DNA of 64,000 bases from Candidatus Azotimanducaceae bacterium (GTDB lineage: Bacteria; Pseudomonadota; Gammaproteobacteria; Pseudomonadales; Azotimanducaceae). A program made the position numbers and the translations under genes. The notes beneath the pieces are model-generated. The model had not been told where the DNA came from, did no database searches, and was given only the letters and a program-made list of their open reading frames with translations. Of the stretch, positions 56,758 to 64,000 are shown in pieces. The DNA lies in assembly GCA_965203735.1 (NCBI GenBank), contig OZ241909.1, forward strand, positions 2,539,809 through 2,603,808, in the 5' to 3' direction. Within the stretch, counting starts at the first letter, position 1. Every line of letters begins with the position of its first letter.

Positions 56758-57720
56758 TTAGAAACCCCGTTTCTTGTTGATCAGGCCTTCCAATTTGTCC
56801 CCTTCCACAAAGTGTTTGAGGTTTGTGCAAAACCTTTGTACATTTCGTTCCGACCTGAATTGGCTCGCCCCAGCGGTGTGGGGCGACATGACTACGTTGT
56901 CCATGCTCCATAGTGCATGGTCGTACCCAATTGGTTCTCCCGGCACCACGTCCAAAGCCGCTCCTGCAATCTTCCCGAGACGGAGTGCTTCCACTAACGA
57001 TTCCTCGTCCAAGACTTCACCGCGAGTCACATTCACCAGGATTGCGCTGGACTTCATCGTCGAGAACGCGCGAGAATCGAACTTGGCTCGAGTCTCGGGC
57101 GTTAGTGGGCAGCATATAGAAATCACGTCAGACATTTTCAGGAAATCTTCAAACTGACTGGAAGTCATGACGTTGGCCACTTCAGGAGAAGAGCTAACCG
57201 GATCGCAATCCAATGCAATGACTTTCATCCCAAAAGCGACAGCTCGTTTGGCAATCTCCCTCCCTGTCCCACCAAAACCAAAGCATCCCATCGTCAATCC
57301 AGTGAGTTCAAACTGATGCGCTCTCAGTTGAGCACGGTTGGACCAGGCATCGGAGCCCAATGCATAGGCTCGTGCTGTTTGGCGAGTCAACATCAATAGA
57401 AGACTGAAAGCATGATCGGCCAGATGACTTCCAACCAGCCCCTTTTCGCTCGTCAGTAGAACAGGGCTGTTGACGAACTCAGGAAATAAGAACATATCGA
57501 TGCCAGAAGCGGTTGCATGTACCCATCGAAGATTACGGCATCGCGTGAACATTTCCTCATTCATCAGACCAAAAATCACTTCTGCATTCTCGGCATGAGT
57601 CAATGCCTTCGTTCCGTTTGCTTCGACTAACTCAGCTTTTGGGCAAGCATCAAGAATCCGTTCACGTTGCCACTTGGTGAGGGGCGGCAGAGTCAGTCCC
57701 GGTATAACCAAAATCTTCAT
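56758..57720 (-). CDS. D-isomer-specific 2-hydroxyacid dehydrogenase family protein
   Basis: The NAD-binding motif is GCFGFGGTGREIAKRA. The catalytic-region motif is VVMSPHTAG. Length is 320 aa. Confidence 0.8.
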   Translation of the reverse strand: MKILVIPGLTLPPLTKWQRERILDACPKAELVEANGTKALTHAENAEVIFGLMNEEMFTRCRNLRWVHATASGIDMFLFPEFVNSPVLLTSEKGLVGSHLADHAFSLLLMLTRQTARAYALGSDAWSNRAQLRAHQFELTGLTMGCFGFGGTGREIAKRAVAFGMKVIALDCDPVSSSPEVANVMTSSQFEDFLKMSDVISICCPLTPETRAKFDSRAFSTMKSSAILVNVTRGEVLDEESLVEALRLGKIAGAALDVVPGEPIGYDHALWSMDNVVMSPHTAGASQFRSERNVQRFCTNLKHFVEGDKLEGLINKKRGF

Positions 57721-57908
57721 AGATCACTAATGCCCTTACACGTGCAAATCAACCTCTCGTGTTAGTGAAGTGTAATGATGATTGCAAATCTGTACGTCGA
57801 TAGCGGCGCGACTAACTTGACTGATTCGAATTAGTGCAAAATTTGTCTGTACAACATCGACAGGACAGTCTGTGACCAAAAGATGGACTGTGCATGGAGG
57901 ACTGAATC

Positions 57909-59030
57909 GTGAGGAATGGCCTGCAAGTTCTGGACACCGACGCTCATCAAATGGAGCCTCCGTCAATTTGGCAGGAATACATAGATCCCGCATTTGCGGA
58001 TAGGGCACCTAGAACAGAAATGTATACGAACGGCAGAAGAATGCTGCTCGTGGAGGGTGAGCCAATCACCCGACAAACGGGATCTTATCCAATGGATTCG
58101 CGGGAATTTCTAAGTGCTGTTCAAGAAGGAATGAAGAGGTTCAAGTCCTCTCGAGAAGCAGGTTTTAGTCCAGCTTCTCGATTAGGAGATATGGATGAAC
58201 AAGGCGTAGATGTACAAGTGATATACCCAACAGTTGGGGGACAATTGCTAGGTAAAGCGTTTCGTGACCCCGAACTATTGGCTGCGATTTGTCGTGCATA
58301 CAACGACTGGAGTCTGGAATATTGCCAGTCCGATCCGGAACGATTGTTAATGGCTGCGATGTTGCCGATGCAAGATCCAAAGCTCGCAGAGGAAGAAGCG
58401 AAAAGAGCGGCAGAGTTAGGCGCGACTTGCTTCTACGTGAGACCAAATCCTGTCGAGGGCAGAAACCTGTATCACGAAGAGAATGAGACTCTTTGGGCAA
58501 CTTTGGAAGAATTACAGTTGCCTATTTGTTTGCATGACTCAGGATCTCCTTACTGGCCGTCCTACGGCGAGAGAATGGATACACACACCTCCGGTCACAT
58601 CATTGCTCACCCATTTGAAGCCATGGTCGCCATGATGAGTCTTATTTGGTACGGGACCATCGAAGACCATCCTGAGCTGAAGATCGTTCACGTCGAAGCG
58701 GACGCGGGGTGGTTGCCTTATTGGCTTCAGAGAATGGAACAACACTGGGAATTCTCTGGCAATGCGGAACATCCCAAGTTGAAGAAACGTCCAACCGAAT
58801 ACTTCAAGAGCAATTTTCTAGTGGCTTGCAGAGGAGATGAAATGACACTTCCTGCAGTTTGTGACTTGGTTGGAGACGACTACTTGACGTTCAATACCGA
58901 CTACCCTCACCCCGATGGCACATGGCCCAACGGCATGGCGGACTTGGAGCAACAGCCTCTTCATGAATCCAGCAAACGCAAGATTTTCTGGGACAACGCA
59001 GCGTCTGTGTTCTTGAACAATGAACACTAG
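57909..59030 (+). CDS. Amidohydrolase_2 family protein (paralogue of 49768..50949)
   Basis: It has the N-terminal VLDTDAHQ and the C-terminal FNTDYPHPDGTWP motif. GGAGGA lies 8 nt upstream of the GTG start. Confidence 0.75.
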   Translation: MRNGLQVLDTDAHQMEPPSIWQEYIDPAFADRAPRTEMYTNGRRMLLVEGEPITRQTGSYPMDSREFLSAVQEGMKRFKSSREAGFSPASRLGDMDEQGVDVQVIYPTVGGQLLGKAFRDPELLAAICRAYNDWSLEYCQSDPERLLMAAMLPMQDPKLAEEEAKRAAELGATCFYVRPNPVEGRNLYHEENETLWATLEELQLPICLHDSGSPYWPSYGERMDTHTSGHIIAHPFEAMVAMMSLIWYGTIEDHPELKIVHVEADAGWLPYWLQRMEQHWEFSGNAEHPKLKKRPTEYFKSNFLVACRGDEMTLPAVCDLVGDDYLTFNTDYPHPDGTWPNGMADLEQQPLHESSKRKIFWDNAASVFLNNEH

Positions 59031-59090
59031 GAGCCTTAGTTCATCAGCTCCTACCTAAAAACAAATTAAGGGACAAACCCACTCCGACCT

Positions 59091-60080
59091 ATGTCAAGAG
59101 ACGTCGAGCAGGCGCAGCAAATGCTGCAAATCTACGCTAACGCCATGTTGTCCACTTCCTCTGAGCTGAATTCTCAGTTCGGAAGGGCTGTAGATGCGAT
59201 ATCAAGCTTGTCGTCAATTCTGGTTGTCACTGGACTTGGAAAAAGTGGTCTTGTTGGCCAGAAAGCGGCAGCAACGTTCTCGAGTACGGGAACACGAGCT
59301 GCTTTTGTCCATCCTGTCGAAGCACTGCATGGAGACCTTGGCATCGTCGAGAAAGACGCGGCGATGCTCGCAATTTCGAAGAGCGGAGGCAACGAAGAGA
59401 CCATTGAATTCGCACGACAATTTAAGCAGGTTTCCGAAGGGACAGTCATCACACTCACGGAGCCAAAATCTCGTCTAGAAGAAATATCCGATATTGCACT
59501 CCATATTCCGCACCTTCCGGAAATTGACGAATGGAATCTAGCCCCTACGACAAGCTCAATTACGAGTATGAGTGTGTGTGACGTCCTAGCAATTTGCGTT
59601 CAACAAAGGAAGGGACTTACCGCCGAAGACTTTGCCCAATTTCATCCCCACGGAACACTTGGTCGACGTCTGTTGCTTCAAGTACGCGACCTGATGATTA
59701 CGGGAGATGCTCTTCCTCTTCGTTCACTCAATTCATCCTTTTCCGAGCTCATTTACGAAATTTCATCAAAAGGACTCGGGTTAGTCTTGTTGATTGATGA
59801 AGCTGGAGATTACTTCGGCCTGTTGACCGACGGCGACATTAGGCGCTTGATGGAGCGTTCAGAACCAATTGCCGAACTTGATGCTCGCGCCTGCTTCCGT
59901 CTTAGCAGGAGGGGCACCGATCTTCCCTCGGTGACTCATGGTTCTGCTTCGCCCGAAACAAAAGCCATCGAGTGTTTAGAGCAAATGCAACGAGACAGAA
60001 TCACTTCAATTGTCATTCTCGAGGACAAACAACCGTTAGGACTTGTCCGAATGCAAGACTTGGTTGCCGCCGGACTCTGA
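59091..60080 (+). CDS. kdsD: KpsF/GutQ/KdsD-family arabinose-5-phosphate isomerase (SIS + tandem CBS)
   Basis: The SIS motif is VTGLGKSGLVGQKAAATFSSTG, and C-terminal CBS-like repeats follow. Length is 329 aa. The family is clear; the exact paralogue is not. Confidence 0.8.
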   Translation: MSRDVEQAQQMLQIYANAMLSTSSELNSQFGRAVDAISSLSSILVVTGLGKSGLVGQKAAATFSSTGTRAAFVHPVEALHGDLGIVEKDAAMLAISKSGGNEETIEFARQFKQVSEGTVITLTEPKSRLEEISDIALHIPHLPEIDEWNLAPTTSSITSMSVCDVLAICVQQRKGLTAEDFAQFHPHGTLGRRLLLQVRDLMITGDALPLRSLNSSFSELIYEISSKGLGLVLLIDEAGDYFGLLTDGDIRRLMERSEPIAELDARACFRLSRRGTDLPSVTHGSASPETKAIECLEQMQRDRITSIVILEDKQPLGLVRMQDLVAAGL

Positions 60081-60097
60081 AACCCACGAGGCAACAG

Positions 60098-60409
60098 TCA
60101 GTTCATGACGCGAACCCTGTATTCCAAGCCGTTGAATTGGTCGAAATAAAATCCAAGGTCTGGATGGTTCACCTGCGACTTGTCTTCACTAAGTAAGAGG
60201 TTTCTCTCTGCCACGTATGTCGTGTGCAGAGAATTGTCGACTAACACGCCGTACCAGGGTCGATCCTTTGGCGGCCGCGAAATCGCCATCTGCTCGTACC
60301 ATTCATCGGTCGATTCAAATCGTTCGTCGCATAGATAGATCACTCCACGATAAGAAAATCTACGGTGCGTGACTATCTGACCTGCATGGAATCGCAAGTT
60401 TGTCTGCAT
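60098..60409 (-). CDS. hspQ: HspQ/YccV-like hemimethylated-DNA-binding domain protein
   Basis: It has FHAGQIVTHRRFSYRGVIY...RPWYGVLVDN...TYVAERNL, typical of the YccV domain. I prefer ATG 60409 over the six-frame TTG 60448. Confidence 0.65.
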   Translation of the reverse strand: MQTNLRFHAGQIVTHRRFSYRGVIYLCDERFESTDEWYEQMAISRPPKDRPWYGVLVDNSLHTTYVAERNLLLSEDKSQVNHPDLGFYFDQFNGLEYRVRVMN

Positions 60410-60453
60410 AGCGTTATTATTGAGTCTAGTCTGGTTACGGTCGCCCAAATTCT

Positions 60454-61044
60454 ATGACGAAGCATCTTGCCTTAACGACTTCCGTTTGCCTATTGGTTCT
60501 CATGTCTACGAATGCATGGTCCGAGTCGCCTATTTTGACCGGAACGTGGACTCTCGATGAAGAATTGACCAAGGAACTGCAACCTCCCATAAAGAAAAAT
60601 CGCAGAGCTGGTCAGGGACTTCGAGGTTTCATTGGAGGCGGAGGCATATTGACACCACTACCAGGCGGCGGATCCTCACCAGCTTCTGGTTCCGCTGGAC
60701 TAAAGGTACCTCTTATCTTGGATTGCAGCGAATTGACGCTAGAAAAGAGTGAGGACAAGATAACCGTTTCGTGCATCAACGGCATGGAGCGTGAGTTCAA
60801 TGTCGGAAAAGTCCACGGTAGAACCACCAAGTGGAAGAAGTCGCGTCTCTCCGAGTTCTACCGATCGACTTCTCGTTCAGTCAGGCACCTTATCAAACTC
60901 GATAGGGAAGGCAACATGATTGCCACCGTGATACTTCAACCAAAAGGCGGTGTCTCCCAGAAGTACGTTCGAGCTTTCAACCGCAAGCCGGCAGTCTCCG
61001 AAGAAGCTAGTAAGGACACAGAGCCCACGCCCAATTCTTCTTGA
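60454..61044 (+). CDS. Secreted protein of unknown function (family shared with 44568..45098)
   Basis: The signal peptide is MTKHLALTTSVCLLVLMSTNAWS. The LTGTWTLDEE motif and a Gly-rich linker GFIGGGGILTPLPGGGSSPASGSAG are present. Confidence 0.5.
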   Translation: MTKHLALTTSVCLLVLMSTNAWSESPILTGTWTLDEELTKELQPPIKKNRRAGQGLRGFIGGGGILTPLPGGGSSPASGSAGLKVPLILDCSELTLEKSEDKITVSCINGMEREFNVGKVHGRTTKWKKSRLSEFYRSTSRSVRHLIKLDREGNMIATVILQPKGGVSQKYVRAFNRKPAVSEEASKDTEPTPNSS

Positions 61045-61215
61045 AGCGATTGAACGTACAAGACTTGTAGTACACCTTTCTGCAAATCGCAGCCGCTCCA
61101 AGTCCTAGAGGAGTCAATACCTGCATGTTCGTACGCGAATCCATGAATTAAACATGCTTGCGCGAAGTGTGTTGACATATCCAAGGCTTGAGAATCGACA
61201 TGCTTTGTCAACGGC

Positions 61216-62172
61216 ATGAACAAAGTACCGATTAACACCAAAGCACTTCCATTCGTGGAAACGCGTGGAAATTTCGCCAATTGCCGGTACCGTGGATTCC
61301 GAATGCCGCCCCTTGAATCCATAGGCGATCCATCCAAACGACGTTCCATGTATGAACAACGAAGGATTCGGGTGTTCGACGCCAGGCACGTACAGCCGCA
61401 ACCAACACTCTTGCGAAACGGATTCACGCTCATTAAATTTAGAACTGCAGTACACAACCTACTTGATCAAGACGAGGTAACTAGTCTCTTCTATTCGGAA
61501 TGTGCTCGAATCGTCCAATCGCTAACAGGCTGCGACTCTGTCAAAGTTACGCAACACCAGTACCGAAATGGCTACGCCGGTTTTGCAGTCGACCATCCAA
61601 AAAGCGCAAGATCCACACCAAACGGCAGTGAAGGCGTCTATGGAGGAATCCATTCAGACGTCACGCCCTATTCGGAACCAGGCTGGAAGAACCTGGTTGA
61701 CGCGCGCCATTTCCAAGTCTTCAATTTGTGGTGTAGCTCCGACAAGCACCAAACGATAGAAGTAATGCCACTCTCGTTGTGCGATCCCGCAAGTGTGGAT
61801 CCTAAGGACATGATCTGTGCCGATTCTTGGAATCAAACCATGCATCGGAATCGACTTGTGAGTTATCGTCTCGCATTCAATGAACATCAACAATGGTTCT
61901 ACTTTCCCCGCATGCAATCGAATGAGATGCTTGTGTTCAAACAATACGACTCTATGTGTCCGCAATCCAATTTGCGTTGCGTGTATCACGGAGCCATTGA
62001 GGATCCTCGCACTCGCCCCAATGCTCCTTTGCGTGAGACCATAGAAGTTCGAGTGTTAGCGCTTTACGACAAAGAGAAAGGTAAAAAGCATCGTGTACGC
62101 CTCTTTCAAAATGAGGTACCAAGACACATGCCAGACGGACAGGAGTCGGAGTGGCTAGTCCACTACCCGTAA
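61216..62172 (+). CDS. Possible CmcJ/NvfI/AsaB-type hydroxylase family protein
   Basis: The pattern GIHSDV...QVFNLW...EMLVFKQYDS...YHGAIEDP...RETIEVRVLALYD resembles the CmcJ-family consensus as I recall it. No search was run. Confidence 0.4.
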   Translation: MNKVPINTKALPFVETRGNFANCRYRGFRMPPLESIGDPSKRRSMYEQRRIRVFDARHVQPQPTLLRNGFTLIKFRTAVHNLLDQDEVTSLFYSECARIVQSLTGCDSVKVTQHQYRNGYAGFAVDHPKSARSTPNGSEGVYGGIHSDVTPYSEPGWKNLVDARHFQVFNLWCSSDKHQTIEVMPLSLCDPASVDPKDMICADSWNQTMHRNRLVSYRLAFNEHQQWFYFPRMQSNEMLVFKQYDSMCPQSNLRCVYHGAIEDPRTRPNAPLRETIEVRVLALYDKEKGKKHRVRLFQNEVPRHMPDGQESEWLVHYP

Positions 62173-62246
62173 GAATGGGGTTCAAAAACGAACTCATAGG
62201 CTAGAAGCTTGGCCAACAAACTAGCACCCAAGAAGGAGAATTGAAC

Positions 62247-63224
62247 ATGTCGAACAAATTTGGTTTTCCGCGCGAGTGGAGAGCACCTACTCGCTATCCC
62301 GATCCGGCGGTGGAAGTTGTAGACCGTAGATTTCGAGAGTACATCCTGGGCAGTTCGTCTTTGGATCGTCTCTATACGGGTGCTCGGTGGGCCGAAGGTC
62401 CCGTTTGGTTCGGTGACGGCAGATACTTTTTGTGTAGCGATATTCCAAATGATCGTATCCTGCGATGGGACGAAGTAACCGAAGAAACTACAGTTTGGCG
62501 CAAACCATCTAACAACTCCAACGGGCATACACGTGATCGTCAGGGAAGATTGGTATCTTGCGAGCATGGTTCGCGTCGTGTGACTAGAACGGAGCACGAC
62601 GGAACCATTACAACGATAATGGACTCCTTCGAAGGAAAGCGGCTAAACGCACCGAACGACATTGTCGTTCATCCTGACGGAGCAATTTGGTTCACCGATC
62701 CTGGATACGGAATCCACTGGAACTACGAAGGCAACAAAGCTCCGTTTGAGCTACCCACGCGAGTCTATAGGGTGGACCCTCAGTCTGGCGCACCTTCCGT
62801 TGTCAATGAGTCACTCGAAAAACCGAACGGTTTGTGTTTCTCTCCCGATTATTCCGTCTTGTACATTGTGGATACCGGAGCTTCACATAAACCGGGACAT
62901 CCTCGAGAAATTCACGCGTTTGACGTTGATAACGGAACTTCGTTGACCAATCAACGGACTTTCTGTGACATGGGCAATACGAGCACCGACGGAATCCGAT
63001 GTGACACCGACGGAAACGTTTGGGCGAGTGCAGGCTGGGGAGATCCAAACGAAGATGGAGTCCATGTATTCGCGCCCGATGGTGCTTTGATTGGAAAAAT
63101 ACACTTGCCAGAGGGGGCAGCCAATCTATGCTTCGGAGGGGTGAAGCGGACGCGTCTGTTCATCACTGCTTCACATTCCATATATTCAATTTATGTAGAG
63201 GCCCAAGGCTGTCCGTACGTCTAG
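62247..63224 (+). CDS. SMP-30/gluconolactonase/LRE family protein
   Basis: It has EGPVWFGDGRYFLCSDIPN, NAPNDIVVHPDGAIWFTDPGYG and NGLCFSPD. AAGGAGA lies 7 nt upstream of ATG 62247; the six-frame ORF starts at TTG 62241. Confidence 0.8.
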   Translation: MSNKFGFPREWRAPTRYPDPAVEVVDRRFREYILGSSSLDRLYTGARWAEGPVWFGDGRYFLCSDIPNDRILRWDEVTEETTVWRKPSNNSNGHTRDRQGRLVSCEHGSRRVTRTEHDGTITTIMDSFEGKRLNAPNDIVVHPDGAIWFTDPGYGIHWNYEGNKAPFELPTRVYRVDPQSGAPSVVNESLEKPNGLCFSPDYSVLYIVDTGASHKPGHPREIHAFDVDNGTSLTNQRTFCDMGNTSTDGIRCDTDGNVWASAGWGDPNEDGVHVFAPDGALIGKIHLPEGAANLCFGGVKRTRLFITASHSIYSIYVEAQGCPYV

Positions 63225-64000
63225 GAACTCGCCTCGGAAGATTCCGAGCTGTCATCGGTCTTTTCGGGTACTGTCCGAAGCTTAAAGACACCATCGGGGA
63301 TTACTGGAATCCGAAAAGCCAGTCGCACAGGAACTTTGCGACCGTGAATTTCAGCTAGCCAAATATCAACCTTTCTAACTTCATCCTCATCGTAAATGAA
63401 CTTATAGCGACACATCTCAGCACTACCCGAAAAGTAGTTTTTGCCCTGACGAAGCTTTTGATCCGGTTTCTGTTTCCATAGTTTGATCACAAAAGGATCT
63501 TCCCCATCGTGCACGAGCATTTCGTCTCTACATTCAGAATTTGCAAAGATTGCGGACATCATGTCGATTCCCGTCGGTTTCTCCCTCTGAATTCTGGGTT
63601 TTCCTGTCTCCGAAATTACTAACGTCGATTCATAAATGATGATTGTCTTTCTTTCCTCTTTCTCGCCCTTCTCATCACGTTCCATCAGCAAGTACGCGGT
63701 TGTTATGGGATTGCCCTTTTCAAATACGCCTTTTGCCGCAAATTCTCCTTTCCAATCAAGCAGTCTTGCGATCGGTCCCGCACCAGCGATCTGGCCATCA
63801 AGTTCATACGACTGGTCCTTGATGACCAGGTGAGCTTCAAGAATTCCTACCTTAATGGGACCGACCCGCCCATCGTAGATCAATGAGACTTCGTTGCTCT
63901 CGTTCCCACTAGTTTCGGTGTCGCCCTGAGACGACAGGGAATTCATCGCAACCATAGCCAATGCGATCGCAACGAAGACTCGCAGCTCGTTTGAACCTAA
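63221..64000 (-). CDS. Secreted protein, possibly DUF3108-like, 5' end beyond window edge
   Basis: The frame is open to nt 64000. The first residues seen (RVFVAIALAMVAMNS) look like a signal-peptide core. The beta-rich body is reminiscent of DUF3108, which is a weak call. Confidence 0.4.
   Translation of the reverse strand, partial: LGSNELRVFVAIALAMVAMNSLSSQGDTETSGNESNEVSLIYDGRVGPIKVGILEAHLVIKDQSYELDGQIAGAGPIARLLDWKGEFAAKGVFEKGNPITTAYLLMERDEKGEKEERKTIIIYESTLVISETGKPRIQREKPTGIDMMSAIFANSECRDEMLVHDGEDPFVIKLWKQKPDQKLRQGKNYFSGSAEMCRYKFIYDEDEVRKVDIWLAEIHGRKVPVRLAFRIPVIPDGVFKLRTVPEKTDDSSESSEASS

Noticed and set aside
60936-61457. 173-aa minus-strand ORF bridging 60454..61044 and 61216..62172.
   Set aside because: It overlaps two better-supported plus-strand genes and has no recognisable features.

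Overview
The window is densely coding, about 48-50% G+C by eye. I call about 52 protein genes. I recognised no rRNA, tRNA, CRISPR array, transposase, integrase or phage gene. All calls come from reading the supplied translations and the DNA; no similarity search was run.

Most of the content is housekeeping or catabolic/detoxification enzymes:
- SelO, PEP carboxylase, PhoX, a KdsD/KpsF-type isomerase and HspQ.
- Two GSTs, two PhyH-type dioxygenases, two VOC/glyoxalase proteins and two amidohydrolase_2 enzymes.
- Three alpha/beta hydrolases, a molybdenum hydroxylase large subunit, a D-aminoacylase and an MtaD-like deaminase.

Genes are mostly single units on alternating strands. The clear operons are:
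- selO plus a Rieske fusion gene.
- DUF35, SCPx-type thiolase and MFE-2-type hydratase.
- A PotA-D-B-C-like ABC importer.
- A heterodimeric ABC exporter.
- A three-gene ABC-2 system.

This scattered layout and the frequent TTG/GTG starts would fit a marine planctomycete-like genome, but that is only a guess.

I see no clearly novel system that I can prove. These are the least explained parts:
1. A divergent unit at 15.4-20.8 kb. It holds a TolB-N/TPR membrane protein and two tandem, anciently duplicated helical-repeat membrane proteins. The first of the two has a broken start.
2. An AAA+ ATPase/nuclease-like (DUF4143-type) gene with an orphan HigA-like HTH gene. A 16/17-nt palindrome sits over the ATPase start codon (28.1-29.7 kb).
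3. An extremely acidic, Met-rich lipoprotein built from a near-identical 51-bp tandem duplication (55.9-56.2 kb).
4. A CGTGAAG(T) motif array in a 430-bp gap (52.2-52.3 kb).
5. An 0.8-kb AT-rich non-coding gap (45.9-46.7 kb).
6. Two distant paralogues of a small secreted protein family that share the motif LTG[ST]WTLDEE.
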